Source of the DNA: the human T2T-CHM13v2.0 reference genome, Homo sapiens
Length of the DNA: 64,000 nucleotides
NCBI RefSeq assembly: GCF_009914755.1
Contig: NC_060933.1
Direction: 5' to 3' (one strand)
Shown: in pieces, positions 15,337-35,225 of the stretch
Layout: each line of letters opens with the position of its first letter
Position numbering within the stretch: position 1 is the first letter of the stretch
Position numbers and translations under genes: made by a program
Notes under the pieces: model-generated
Told to the model about the DNA's origin: nothing
The model's input: the letters and a program-made list of their open reading frames with translations, nothing else
Database searches by the model: none

Positions 15337-16096
15337 ATGAACTTTCATGAGTCTACATTGATATAATAAACAAGAGTGGGAGGGAGGGAAAAGTCTGCCA
15401 TGCAGAAAAATCGCAAATAATTTATGTAGATAGCACCCTGCCCTCAAAGAGGTGGAGCAAACTCCCTACTCAAGTATGGGTTATGCACAGTAATTTCCTT
15501 CCCGAGAATACAGTATGGACAGGAAGAGAAAGAATAACTTTAGAGTGGCGGTCAGGTGATCAAGGTCAACAGCAGCAGTGACAGGTCATGCTGACAATAC
15601 ACACTCTTGATATGTGATGAGAAGGGCATTTACTTCTGTGATCTTCCTCCCCCAAACCCATAATCCCAATCTAACCACGAGAAAAAACATCAGACAAATT
15701 CCAAGTGAAAAACATTCTACTAAACACCTGATCAATCTTCTTGAAAACTGTCAAGGTCATCAAGAACAGGGAAGGTCTGAGAAACTGTCACAGTCAACTG
15801 GAGCCTAAGGAGACACAACAACTAAATGTAATGTGATATCCTAGACAATACTTGGGACAGAAAAAGGACATCAGGTAAAAACTAAGGCAATCTGAATAAA
15901 GTATTCATAATAATGCCATGATATTGGTTCATCCATTGTAACAAATATACCACACTAATGTACAATGTTATAATAAGGAGGCAGCTGGGTGTGGGGTATA
16001 CAGCAACTCTGTACTATTTTTCAAATTTTTCTATAAATCTAAAAATTTTCTAAAGTAGTTCATTTTTTAAAATTAATGATAAAAGGGCAGCACAGT

Positions 16097-16402
16097 TTTT
16101 TATTTTATTTTATTTTTTTTGAGACGGAGTCTTGCTCTGTCGCCCAGGCTGGAGTGCAGTGGCGCAATCTCAGCTCACCACGAGCTCCGCCTTCCGGGTT
16201 CACATCATTCTCCTGCCTCAGCCTCCTGAGTAGCTGGGACTACAGGCACCCGCCACCAAGGCCGGCTAATTTTTTTGTATTTTTAGTAGAGATGGGGTTT
16301 CACCGTGTTAGCCAGGATGGTCTCGATCTCCTGACCTCATGATCCGCCTGCCTCGTCCTCCCAAAGTGCTGGGATTACAGGCGTGAGCCACCGTGCCCGG
16401 CC
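16097..16402 (-). mobile_element. AluY
   Basis: Full dimer; TSD AGCACAGTTTT. Confidence 0.92.
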
Positions 16403-16448
16403 GGTAGCACAGTTTTATACACGTTCAATGGCTTAAAGACACATAAGT

Positions 16449-16752
<304 letters not shown>

Positions 16753-16899
16753 TTATCTTAAGAAGCCCTGAGGTTTGCCAGTGGGTGTGATGTCACGGCT
16801 GGCAACTCATCAGCTACCTGAGGTGGTAGAAGGTGGGTGTTCTGAAATGGAATGGGAAGCTGTAGGTGCGTGTATCCTGTGTATCCTCACATAGCTCAG

Positions 16900-17058
16900 G
16901 TAGGCCGGGTGCAGGGCTCTGTGTACACTAGTGTTTTTTGAGGAGAAAACTGTACGTAGGCAAATACAAAATTCTCATCGTGTTCAAACTGTTCCCTCAT
17001 ATATCAATCAGTCTGGAACAAATTTACATTTTCAAAAGACACGTTATAGCAGAACTGT
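16900..17058 (-). mobile_element. TcMar-Tigger-like DNA transposon end
   Basis: Minus strand begins CAGTTCTGCTATAACGTG, resembling a Tigger TIR. Confidence 0.4.
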
Positions 17059-17140
17059 GCTTCACAGAAGTAATAAAATTGGCCTGATCCAATCAGTGAA
17101 CAGGGAAGTGCAACTTAAACCACAATGAGATGCCATTATC

Positions 17141-18211
17141 TGTTATGGGAAGTCAGGGACCCCAAACAGAGAGACCGGCTGAAGCCATGGCAGAAGAACG
17201 TGGATTGTGAAGATTTCATGGACATTTATTAGTTCCCCAAATTAATACTTTTGTAATTTCTTATGCCTGTCTTTACTGCAATCTCTAAACATAAATTGTG
17301 AAGATTTCATGTACACTTATCACTTCCCCAATCAATACCCTTGTGATTTCCTATGCCTGTCTTTACTTTAATCTCTTAATCCTGTCAGCTGAGAAGGATG
17401 TATGTCACCTCAGGACCCTGTAATAATTGCATTAACTGCACAAATTGTACAGCATGTGTGTTTGAGCAATATGAAATGTGGGCACCTTGAAAAAAAGAAC
17501 AGGATAACAGCAATTGTTCAGGGAACAAGAGAGATAACCTTAAACTCTGACCACTGGTGAGCCGGGCAGAACAGAGCCGTATTTCTCTTCTTTCAAAAGC
17601 AAATGGGAGAAATATCACTGAATTCTTTTTCTCAGCATGGAACGTCCCTGAGAAAGAGAATGCACACCTAGGGGTAGGTCTCTGAACTGGCCCCCCTGGG
17701 GCATACCTGTCTCTTATGGTCGAGATTGCAGAGGTGAGATAGACTCCAGTTTCCCATAGCGCTCCCAGGCTTATTAGGAAGAGGAAATTCCCGCCTAATA
17801 AATTTTGGTCAGACCAGTTGATCTCAAAACCCTGTCTCCTGATAAGATGTTATCAATAACAATGGTGCCCGAAACTTCATTAGCAATTTTAATTTCGCCT
17901 CGGTCCTGTGGTCCTGTGATCTTGCCCTGCCTCCACTTGCCTCATGATATTCTATTACCTTGTAAAGTACTTGATGTCTGTGACCCACACCTATTCGCAC
18001 ACTCCCTCCCCTTTTGAAACTCCCTAATAAAAACTTGCTGGTTTTTGCGGCTTGTGGGGCATCACGGAACCTACCGACATGTGATGTCTCCCCCGGATGC
18101 CCAGCTTTAAAATTTCTCTCTTTTGTACTCTGTCCCTTTATTTCTCAAGCTGGCCGACACTTAAGGAAAATGAAAAGAACTTACGTGAATATCGGGGCAT
18201 GTTCCCCGATA
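17141..18211 (+). mobile_element. MER11 (HERV-K11/HML-8) solo LTR
   Basis: Starts TGTTATGGGAAGTCAGGGACCCC, ends TTCCCCGATA, 1071 bp, perfect 6-bp TSD ATTATC, AATAAA ~18026. Confidence 0.9.
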
Positions 18212-18745
18212 ATTATCTTAGGTCACATTTTAGGACACCCAAGGAATCCCCTAGGCTTATGGACATGCTTGTCATCAACCAGCCCTTACACCCCAGCATG
18301 TTGTGAGGGTGGTACTGAGGGAACATGGGTGTGAGGAAGAAGGGCAGAGCAAAGCGGATGGGGAGCCCAGGCAGCAGGCAACACATGCCTGCAAAGCAGC
18401 TGCGTCCTGGGCCTGAGCCCGCCATGATGCTGTCACTAGAGGGAGAAACTGATCCACCTCCAAGGGCGTCAGGAATGCACTGGCCTAAAACAAGGAAACT
18501 GAGGCCCAGAGAGGGGAGAGACTGGCTCCAGGTCACAGAAGTCAAGCCAAGAATGGCTGAGTCCACTGCCATGCTAGTAAGAGTATGAGTGGTCCTCACT
18601 ATGACCTCAGCACCCTCAATGGTAGGACAGTGACAATACTAGTTCCTCCCTTCTGGTTTAGAAGGGCTTGGCATCTACACCCACTAGATGACAACATCAC
18701 CTCAGGTGGGCAGAGCTCCACAGTAAAGGCTGGGGCGACAGATGA

Positions 18746-19121
<376 letters not shown>

Positions 19122-19151
19122 CCTGGCTAATATTTTAAAAAAGAAAAGAGA

Positions 19152-20035
<884 letters not shown>

Positions 20036-20092
20036 TTAGTTTCTTAGGTGTGAAAGTTCAACAATGGTTAAGTTTTGTAAGAAAAGATTCTA

Positions 20093-21580
<1,488 letters not shown>

Positions 21581-24500
21581 AAAGTAAAAAGCCAACTATA
21601 AAAAGCAAACCATGACAATTATTTCATATAGTAACACAACAGTATAAGTTAGAAGTACCACAGAACCTCTGGATCCACAGAAACCTTCCTGTCTTTATCT
21701 ACTTGAATTAAACCTGCTTTTATGTATCTCAGAGTAGCAACAAACTAACTTTAACAAAAAACAACTATTACAGATGCACAAAGCCTTTCCCCTGTGTTTG
21801 ATGGTGTCTTGTACACATCACACACTCACAAGGGAAGAAGAGCTGGCAGAGAGAAACACCCAGTGCTCCCCACATTTGTCCTGCGCCATCTACACAGGTC
21901 CTATTGACACTGTTCTCTCCACTTTCTGCTGTTCTTAAAGTGAATGTATGATTTTTTAAAACACAGTAGCTTCTAAAAAAGAAGCTGGGCCCCCAGTGAC
22001 CTCCTCCTAACCCTAACCCTGGCCTGCAATGCTCTGAGGGTGGCAAGGGGAGCCTGCCTGCCACTCAGTCCCCATCTCTCCATCCACCTCCCACAGCAGA
22101 GCAGAGCCCAGCTTGGGACAGCAGGGTTTGAGCCCAAGGAGGCAGCTAGGCAGCCACACTGGGCCCTCTCCTGCTCCAGAGTTCGGCTTCAGAGGCCACA
22201 CTCTGAACACTGGACAACACAGGGTCTAAGGCCAATGCTTTACCTGTCAAAGCCTGCATAGTCCTGGCCAGCCCTGGCCACCAGCCACCACCACCTCAAA
22301 CAGCTGGTGTACTGTCTGAGAAGAAACCAAATCTTTCTTACCCCCGATGTGTGTAACAGTTTCATCTGGTCCACCTATGTGGGGAAGCAGGTCTGACTGA
22401 CTGGGGGATGCCCAAAACTGACAAAGAAGAAACTGATCTCCTCCCTCAAAGGAAGGGACTGTGGTCCCTAAGTGACAGGGGAGACCTAGCAGGAATCCTA
22501 TATGGACCTGGGCCGGATGCTCAGACACAAGGGCACAGGGACACCACTCCCTGACCTTGGGGGCTCACGGAGCACTGGGCCAAGGTAACAGGCATCATCA
22601 TTAACCTATCACGGCCCAGACAGGCAGCGGCTCATCCAGGGCCGCAAGCTCCTGGGAGACCAGGCAGGGCCCAGACTCCCCCTGTGGAGTCAGTATGGAG
22701 TTCACAGGGACAGACATCATATACAGTCGGTCCTGCTCAGGTGGTGCCAGGCACCCCCAGGGGCCCAGGGGCTCCCAGCACTGGGCCTGGCCTTCCTCTG
22801 GATCCACCTGCTAAGCCACAAAGCATGCTCGCTTGGCATCCCCAAAGACGAGCTGCTCCATCACAGCTGTGCCTGCCTTGAATCCCATGGAGGGTGGCCA
22901 GGTCCACGCCTCCACATGCTGGCAGGGCTGGCCTGGAGCACACCATCCGCATGCCTAGGGCTGGGCAGATTCCCTGGCCAGGTCCCAGGATGATTGAGAT
23001 ACACAAGTGCCCAGTCGCCAGGCCCTACAGGAAGAAACAGCACCAGGGCTCGATGTGGGAGTTTCAGACATTTTTAAAAGTGTAAGGGTCCCTAAAGATT
23101 CCTTCATGACCCCCTCCCCCATATTCTAAAAGTGGGGAAAGAGAGGCCCGGCGGGGAGAGAATTGCCCAACAATTAGTGACAACAGTGTAGCCACATGGT
23201 CATCATCTTTGGATGCCTATAGCTGCCTCTCCCCAACTGTCAGACCCATCTGTGCTTCAGGTATTCACAGGGCCCCAGCTCCCACCCAAGCCAGGCTTCC
23301 TCATACCAACAGCAGACCACTGCCACCACCCAGCCCCCTGAAAGGCCCTTGGGTCTCCCAGAGCCTCCTTGCTCCCAACAGCCTTCTGTTCAGAAATGGA
23401 CACAACAATGTTCTCAGGGGTTATCAGACGAATGGGAGAATCCCACACTTGCTTTAACCAAGACCAGGACTTTTCCTGCTCTGGAAGCAAACAATCAAAG
23501 AGGCTGGGCCTCACCCCCAGTAACTCTGCAGAGGAACCTCCTGGAGGGTCCTCTGCCAATCACCCTATTGCCCCCACTTCCTGCAGCTGCCCAGGTGCTG
23601 GGAACAGGGCTCAGCAAGTCCAGAAGGCAGCAGGCAGGGGAATTTTAGAGACACCCAAGCTTGAAGGGCAGGTGGGACTTCTAAGACAAAGGGTGAATGT
23701 GGGCACAGGAGAGGTAGGGCAGTCCCAAGCCAGGCTGTAGGGGCCTGAGACAATGCTTAGGGCAGCCCTTGGGAGGTGGCAATGGAAGCCACTTGAGACT
23801 GAGCAGGGACAAGGATAAGAACGGGGAGAAGCTGCAGGTGCAGCAGCAAGGAGACAGAGACCTGAGTGAGGCATGAGATTCAGTCCGCAGAAGACCTACG
23901 AAGCACTTGCTGCGTGTTGGGTGCTGTGCCCAGTCCAACACCCAATTCCACCCACGTGCACCTCTCAGACAAGGACAATGGTGCTCCAGAGCTTGACACT
24001 ATGACACCAAGGTGGCACACCAAGGCAGTGAGGGTGTCCAGACCTCCTCTCTGAGCCTGAGCTCAGGTGGAGTCAAGACTGTTCTCAGACCTCCCCCATT
24101 ACCCTCCCCTGACCATGAGGACCACATGGGCACCTAGCCTTAGCCCACCTAGCTACAGTCCCTGCCTGTGCCCTGAAGGCAGGAGCTGCCACCTCAGCAC
24201 ACCTGTCCTCTTAAAGCTACAGCTAAGAACACAGAACAAAGTGTCTCACGGCCACGCAGGACCAGGAACACCAGGTTGCTGACCAAAGCCCATCTAATTC
24301 TCTTCCCCACCATTCCAGGGAGAGGAAGGGAAAGGGCACAGTGGGAACGGGGACAGATATGGTCTTAACTGAGTCAGGCTCAAGAAATCACTAGCAGAAT
24401 GATTAGGCAAAATCAACCAGGGGGCACCCACCTCACTTGTGGTCTCAGCCAGCACCGTGCTATGTTGTCAGCAGGACACAGACACTTCCCCCATCCCATG

Positions 24501-25969
24501 AGAAAGGCAACAGGACTGGCACTGTCTCCCATTCATCACCACAAGACCCTCCTCAGCTCTGATCAGAAACCCACACACTGGGACCAGCAGGCCAGCGTCC
24601 TTCCCTCAACGATCCTATTATCTACAAATGCAGGGCAGAAGTACAAGCAACTCCATTTGGAGCACAATTTATTAGTAACTAAATGCACTTTAGTTCAAGA
24701 AATAAAGTTTTCTAAAGAATTAAGGCGGTACACCGCTCTACAGGAGAAAAAAAACCCCACAATTATTGACTCCTTAAATCTTGTGGTTTTTTTTAAATGA
24801 AGAGTTAATATTTTCAACTATAATACTGGCCATAATTAAATAGGTTAGCAAGAGCCTGTGTTGGCATGGGTGTGAGGAACACGCATGCTGTTGATGGGGG
24901 GTGAACTGGTACAAACTTTCTGGCAACATCTACTGAAACTGAAACGCTGATGCACATTCCTCTAGACTCTGCTAGAGACCGAGCAGAAACATTCTTATCC
25001 CACCTTACAAAGGAGAACTAGATTCAGAACAGAGCAGTAATTTGTCCAAGGCCATGTGGCCAGTACATGGAAGCCAGGTGGTGACAAAAAACAAGCAAGC
25101 AGAAGCCTAAAGAGTACCCACAGAAACAGGTATACCCTCTTCCTGATTCTGCTAGGGACTCACCCTCCAGATACATGCCACGAAAATGCCAAGATTCTTC
25201 ACTGTGCCAAAACGTTTGTGTCAGAATAGCAAAGACCTGACAAATGAAGGGCACCAAAGCGGGGACAAGTTAGGTCAGCGACAATTCCTTCTCACAGAGG
25301 ACACTGCCAAACCCAAGCTGTGGACAGAGACAGGGACTGTAGAGGCTGCCCAGGAGCGGCTCACGATGCACTTGGTAGGAGGAAGAGGGCTGCTTCTCTG
25401 TGTGCAGAGGGAAAAGCGCCCTAACAGATAGTGCTGCCTGCTGGAGAGGGTGAGCCCCGCTACAGGAGACCAGAAACTGGCCGAGTCCACTCCCACTCCA
25501 TATTCTCAGAGCCCCCTGCCTCCCTATCACACGCCCCACCCTAAGATGGGGACTCTTGCAAGAGCAGCTGCATCTCACCCCTCTTGTAGCTCCAGCGCCA
25601 CTGGAGCATGCATTGCAGAAGGTGCCAATACCTGCTGACAGACAACAGAATCGAGTCCTGAGGGCGATGGGGGAGGACCCAGCTCCTGCTGGCCCAGGGT
25701 CAGCCATTGACTGGTACTAACTGAGCACCTGCTCTGCCCAGACATCCAAGCATCTGCTTGGATTCATTCTCTGCTCTCCACAGACGGGTCTCCTCAGACA
25801 CGGGGGAGGCAAGGAAGGCTGCAAATGGTTTAGGCACCTGTCTGGGCTGACTGGGAGCAGAGGTGCCAGGTGATAAGCCTGGAAACCAAGAGCCAAGGGC
25901 TCACCAGGACACACTCAAGTGGGGGAAGGGAGCACACCACCAGGCTATACTCCTGACCGCACACCAGTC

Positions 25970-26125
25970 CTTTCCAAATACATGACCCTCACAACAATCC
26001 TTTCTGGGCACGCAGTACTGCACTCCCATTTTGCAGAGGGGGAAACTAAGACTCACGGAGGGCCTCTACCCAAAGCCACATCACTAGCAAGGGGCACAGC
26101 CTGGATCCAAACCCTGGTGTATCCT
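25970..26125. mobile_element. MIR
   Basis: CCCATTTTGCAGAGGGGGAAACTAAGACTCA MIR core. Confidence 0.55.
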
Positions 26126-26891
26126 CCCAGAAAGCAATTCCTGCAAACAACGCTATGGAGTCAGGGAACGGGAGAAGAGAAGCTGGGGAAGGACTGTCCA
26201 AGACTCCCGCTGCCCTGCCGCCTGGAGACCCTCGACCAGCCTGGTGGTCTAACCTACTCTCTCCCCCCAGTGGGAATGACACAGACCACTGAGGTCTCCG
26301 TCCAAGAGGAACACAGCAAGCCACAGCGAGGGGAAGGGCCCGAGAAGGGGGGCTGGACAGGAAGTGGGCCAGGGAAGTCATGCTAGCTGGTGGGAGCGCA
26401 ATCCCGGCCATGAGGACACAGCGCTGGGCCTGGGGCAAGGGTACTGGGGGACCCATGCCAGGGGCAACCTCCACGTGCAACCCCGAGCCCCTACTCACTT
26501 AGGCCGCTGTCCACGACCTTTCCCCACCTCGGAGGCACTCATGAAAGAAGCAGAAACGCTCCGAAAGTAGCTGCGCCCAGAGAGGGGAAGTGCTTTCTCT
26601 GAAGGTGACAGAGCCGCAGCCACCCAGACCCAGGCCCACCCTCGGCCTCTCCCAGCGGGTCACCAGCATCCGTGGCCTCAGCTCCCGGCTCAGCCACTGC
26701 CCTCCCAACCCCACCCCACACTCAGACACACCCGGAACAGCGACCACCGCAAAGCATCAGCCCTTACGAAGCCCCGCCCCGCCGGGGCCGCCCAGGTCCG
26801 CACAGAAGCAGGCGGGCAGCTGCAGGAGGCGACAAGGCGCCCGGACCCCTGCATTAGCGGCGTCTGCAACGGCCGCGGCACCGGCCTGCTA

Positions 26892-27353
<462 letters not shown>

Positions 27354-27356
27354 TCA

Positions 27357-27389
<33 letters not shown>
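27357..27389 (-). repeat. (GGC)11 trinucleotide repeat, probable BICD2 5' UTR
   Basis: 11 uninterrupted GCC units on + strand, 58 nt upstream of the ATG. Confidence 0.95.
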
Positions 27390-27529
27390 CTGCCCCGACG
27401 GCCGCCCGCCCGCCCGCGCCGCCGCACGGCTCCTCCCCTCCGGCGCGCGGGGCCCGCTGGGGGCTGGAGTCCTGCCTGCGCTCCGACCACAAGGTCCATC
27501 ATGCCCGGCGCCCGCCCGGCCCCCGGCTA

Positions 27530-27710
27530 TGATTGGCCCATGCTCTGTGAGGGGCGGGCCCTCGGGCGCAGCCACTGACGCCAATGTGGCCCAGGGGGCT
27601 GTGGGGACAGTAGTCCCGCTAGCGCACCGACTACAAAACCCGTCCAGCCCCGCGCCCACCCGTCCCCGTCCGTGATTGGCCTGCGCCGCCAGCGTCGAGC
27701 CGGATGTACC
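27530..27710. promoter_or_regulatory. TATA-less core promoter: 3 CCAAT boxes, GC box, half-CRE, two ZNF143/THAP11-like ACTAC motifs, ETS-like site
   Basis: ATTGG 27532-36 and 27675-79, CCAAT 27581-85, GGGGCGGG 27551-58, TGACG 27576-80, ACTACTGTCCCCA (minus, from 27614), ACTACAAAACCC (plus, 27630-41), CCGGATGT 27700-07. Confidence 0.7.
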
Positions 27711-28180
27711 GGCGCCTTGCAGTCCCCTGGACGGCGGTCGAGTGGGCGCGGCCCCGCGGCCTTCCCCACACTCAGAGCCGGGGACACTGCTCGGTCGCCG
27801 GGCCTCGCGCTCCCCTGTGCCTCTGGCAGCCGGCGGCCACGCGGGGTGGCAAGACGGCTGCCGGGAGAACCCCCAGGGGGAGGCGGGTGCGGGGCGGCAG
27901 GACTGGGCTCCCGACCGTGGGACGAACAACGCGGACAGAGCCCGGGAGGCCACGAGCTAGAAGCGCATCCGAGAGCGCGGGTGAACGGCTGCTGCTGGAA
28001 ACCCGTGGACGGTGTGACGCATGCTCTGTGCAGACGTCTGGGGGCGGGAGGAGGACGGGCCAGCAGGGGGCGCCCAGGGGCCAGCGGGAACCTCAGCACC
28101 GCCCCTCAGTCCTTCAAGGTCTATTTCTTGGGAATAAAGACATTTCCATTAATACAGGGTTATAAACGTGGTAAATATAA

Positions 28181-28726
28181 TTGTTGTCTCCGCATCTATT
28201 TTTAGGCCTGACTTAAGTTGTTTGAAAGCCAGTCGTACCCTTCGCCTTGGCGTAGGTAACACTTCTCCGTATATGGTGGTGTGTGAGATAACTCGTTTAT
28301 TCTTTATCTCATTGACCTAAAGCGCAACACACCCCACAGCCGCTGACCGCCATAGCACCTAATGGCCAGTATCAGTGCAGATGAGTTCACCCTTCCCTCG
28401 TATTTTCTTTAGCCAGTCCACAGGCCCCAAGGGAAATCCTAAAGGATGATTTCCATGGACCCTAGCACAGCCATAGTCCCTTCCTTCCCACCGTCTCTCA
28501 CTGCCCCTCTCCATCTGCTTGTCCGCCTCTCTTAGGCATCCCTAACCTCTCCGGAACCTAAGAATAATAAATTCCTTCTGTTTTGTACCTTTTAATTTTA
28601 CTTTCTCATTGTATCTCACCTGAACCCCACACCCATTCGGTTCTCCTAGAGAGTGGCTATCTTGGCTTATGGTCACTCTCCCTCAAGACCAAATTAGAAA
28701 GAAGCCATGACAGCAGAAATCACAGC
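28181..28726 (+). mobile_element. Old LTR (ERVL class, MER54/MER73/MER74-like) abutting the CpG island
   Basis: TG..CA ends, AATAAA ~28567, 3' part GAGAGTGGCTATCTTGGCTTATGG..CAAGACCAAATTAGAAAG; family uncertain. Confidence 0.5.
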
Positions 28727-28769
28727 ACACAGGGTACTGACACTATCTAATGCACAGTCCACACTCTAA

Positions 28770-29850
<1,081 letters not shown>

Positions 29851-30679
29851 TGTTTTGTTTGTCTGAGGAGAATGTGTCATAGATTGGCTTGTGAAATTAA
29901 CTAATTTTAAGGAGTTCAGTTGTAGTAGGAATAGGAAGACCAACCTTCCTGGCTTACCTGGGACTGTCTTGGGCTGGGCAAATTGTTAACTGTAAGTGGG
30001 AGAGCTCCCAGTGTAAAGAAGGAACAAGACTTGTTTGAGTGTGTACTTAGCAAGGGAGGGACTGATGCCCCACAGTGACTTGCCCAAGGTCACACAGCCT
30101 CAGGGCAACACCTGCACCTGATCCAGGCTGATCTGACTCGAACCTCCCCACCCCCCGCCATACCTTGCTGTGGGGCAGGTCTGAGGAGGGAGGGAGAAAG
30201 ACCATGGGAGTCCCACGCAGGGACTGACCATGGCGCTTTGAACTTGGAAACAGGTGGTGGTGGAAGGGAGGCCAGGGAAGGTTTCAGGAACATTCTGTTA
30301 CAGGTAGGGACTCTCCTAGGTGCTGGGGGCAGAGGGTCTGTCACTACCCTTGTGGTCTTCCTTCTGGCAGGAGGGACAGCTCTGGGTGCGAGTGGCAATG
30401 TGTGATGGGGTGGGGTGGATCGGGAAAGGCTTCCCTGAGAAGACACCTGAGGGAGACCCAGAGGATGCACAGGAACTGGCCAGCCCAAGGCTGCAGGAAT
30501 AGGGGGCTTGCAAAGATAAGAGAAGCAGGGTGATCCTGGCAGCAGATAATGAGCCACCTCTTACTGAGCTCTGCATGTGTTCCCAACATTGCCAGGTACG
30601 TGACATACATCTTCTCATTCAATCTTCACAATACCCTGAGGGGTAGAAATGATGCCACCTTCTTCTCCTCAAGTCTCTC

Positions 30680-30998
30680 TGTCTCTGGCCAGACTCTTCT
30701 CCAAAGTTACACCATCAAGCTGTCACTCTGAAGTCAAGCCGCTTCTCTCCAACATCCAGCCATAGTCCCCGACATCCAGCTGCTTCTCCTGTCTGCTGGC
30801 TGAGCCTGGGGTCCTTATAGGCAAAGGATGGGGCAGGGCGGGGCCATGGGTAGTTTAGGAAACAGCGACATTTGAGTGGGAAACAGGGATATAAGTTCTT
30901 ATTTTGGGCTGCGGTTTCAGGCCTTTCAGCTTGACGGTGAGGCTTCACCAGGGACCCGCCCTTTTCTACCTGGAATTTCTCTGCCCCTGTCCCTATCA
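30680..30998 (-). mobile_element. ERV1 LTR 5' fragment (MER52/LTR1/LTR28 group)
   Basis: Minus strand begins TGATAGGGACAGGGGCAGAGAAATTCCAGGTAGAAAAGGGCGGG. Confidence 0.6.
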
Positions 30999-31391
30999 CC
31001 TGGACCATTACCGTCACCCTCTCACTGCCTCCTTGCCTCCTCCTTCCCCTAGGCTTCTCTCACAGCAGGGCAGCCAAGAGTTTCCTTAGACCCAAGTCAG
31101 GTCCCATTCCCACTCTGCTCAAAACCCAACCAAAGTCAAAGCCCCATCATCACAGCTACCTCCAAGGCCCTGCACGCTCAAGTGTGGCCCTTCCTCAACC
31201 TCTTCCTTCCCCTCTCCTCTTGTGTAGCTCTTGTAAACCAAAAAGTATCTGAGACAAATCTTAATCAACTCAGAAAGTTTATTTTGCCAAGGTTAAGGAT
31301 GCATCCATGACACAGCCTTAGGAGATCCTAATGACATGTGCCCAAGGTGGTCAAGGTACAGCTTGCTTTTATACATTTTTGGGAGACATAA

Positions 31392-32330
<939 letters not shown>

Positions 32331-33537
32331 GTGATACATCAATCAATACATGTAAGATTTACATTGGTTCCATCTAGAAGGGCGGGACAACTTGAAGTGT
32401 ACAAGGGGTGGGGGGTCTTCCAGGTCTTAGGTAGATTTAAACATATTCTGACTGCAATTGGTTGAAAAAGTTATTTATTATCAGTAGAAAGGAATGTCTG
32501 GTTTATCATCAGGGGTTGTAAAGGCTGAGGTTTTATCATGCATATGAAACCTTTAAATAGCAGGCTTTAGATATACTAGACTGTAAATGTTTCTTATCAG
32601 ACTTAAAGTTTGTGTTGATGTAAAATAAACCCTGGGCATGTCCAACCCCCACTTCATGTCATGGCCTGAACAGGTTAGTCTTTCAAGTTAAATTTTAGAA
32701 TGCCCTGGCTGAGGAGGAGGTTCATTCAGATGGTTGGGCGTGCCTTCAAATTTTATTTTTGGTTACACCCTCACGGCTGTAGGCTGCAGACTCCCTTCCC
32801 TGGTTCTATTTCCCTCCCTCTGTTGCATACTGTATGTTGTGCATATTCACCTTTGTGCACTTATGTCCCCCTAGAATGTTAGCTCTAGGAGGGCAGGAGC
32901 TTTGATGAGGCCTAGTGAGTCTTGGGACCCATATCAGGGACACCAACCAAGGTCCCTTAGGGGTCAGGGCTCAGCGGATACAGACCAGGCTGGGCTCACC
33001 ATGCACCACTTCCTGGACACAAGCGCCCTCCACCAGGAAGGCAGGATACATAAGATAAGGGAGGCGGCCTCAGCAGAGGTGGGAGGGAGAGGGGCTTGAG
33101 GGGTGTCAGGGAACAGCTGGGTGGCTCCCTCTAGGAGAACTGGACCGCTTAGCTGGGGCCTGGCAACAAAACAGGAAGTGATGTTCTCCCAACCAAGCTG
33201 CTCTGCCTTTGCACATAAACAAAGACTCCCCAGGGGCCCAGGCAAAGGCTGGCAGTGTCCTCACACACAGACATGCCCAGGCTCAAACCTAACCTGGTGT
33301 GTAGTCACTCTGGCAGCTCAGCCTCCCCTCCTTCCTCACTGTTCCCTGGAGAGCTCTGCCTACCCACGTAAGCACCTTCCCCTGTCTCCTCTCTGCCCCT
33401 CACTGGCTGAGGAGTAAAGCCATCTCCCCAACAGGTGATGGCCTGCCAGGTGTATGTGGCTTGGGCCACCCGCATGGTGAGTCACATGGCAGCCCCCACA
33501 CTTTCATGCTGTATGACGTCAAAGGATCTTTGGCCCA

Positions 33538-33845
33538 GGTTGGGCATGGTGGCTCATGCCTGTAATCCCAGCATTTTGAGACACCAAGGCAGGTGAATCA
33601 CCTGAGGTCAGGGGTTCAAGGCCAGCCTGGCCAACATGGTGAAGCCCTGTCTCTACTAAAATACAAAAATGAGCTGGGCGTGGTGGCAGGCACCTGTAGT
33701 CCCAGCTACTCTGGGACTATTCCCAGCTAGGCTGAGGCAGGAGAATCACTTGAACCTGGAAGGCAGAGATTGCAGTGAGCTGAGATCTCGCCAGCACTCC
33801 AGCCTGGGCGACAGAGCAAGACTCTGTCTCAAAGAAAAAAAAAAA
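33538..33845 (+). mobile_element. AluS
   Basis: TSD GATCTTTGGCCCAG. Confidence 0.9.
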
Positions 33846-33913
33846 GATCTTTGGCCCAGATATCACGCATTTGATAAACTCCTCTGTGCTAGGAATTTAG
33901 ACAGTAATGATGA

Positions 33914-34669
<756 letters not shown>

Positions 34670-34679
34670 ATGATAGTGG

Positions 34680-34925
34680 TGAAGACCCCAAAATATGTGC
34701 TGAGCATTTACCCTGCTCCAAGCCCTATGTCTAGCACATTGCAAATATTCACTATCTTTCTTAAGCCTCACAAACAGGTTACAAAGCAGGTACCACTGTT
34801 TTCATTTTATAGACCAGGAAACTGGAGCACAATAAGGTGGATGACTTGTCCAAGATATCATAGGGTATAACTGGAGAAGCCCAGGATCTGAACCCTGGTC
34901 CATGTGACTCCAGATCCCAGCTCCC
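34680..34925. mobile_element. MIR
   Basis: CATTTTATAGACCAGGAAACTG..ACTTGTCCAAGATATCA..GGATCTGAACCC. Confidence 0.6.
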
Positions 34926-35225
34926 TGCCCACCAGCCTTCCCTGGGTGCAGCAGGACACAGCCCAGCCCTCGGAGGTTCATGTTGCAGATAGAACAGACT
35001 TCAGTGGCTGACTCTGCTGCACTCGGGAGCCTGGGAGAGGCAACACTCCATCTGCAGGACTCAGAAGATGGCACAGAATGGGTGACAGTGGGTTGCATCT
35101 CGAGAGAGCAGGTTTTTGCCAGTCGTGGAAAATATGCTCCAGAGAGAAGGCCCCAGAGACACAAAGATGTGGAATCATGGATGAGTGTGGCCCGGGGGTA
35201 AATTCAGGGAAGAGGAGCAAGACGG

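Noticed and set aside
22006-22020. CCTAACCCTAACCCT telomere-like repeat
   Set aside because: Only ~2.5 units; expected by chance
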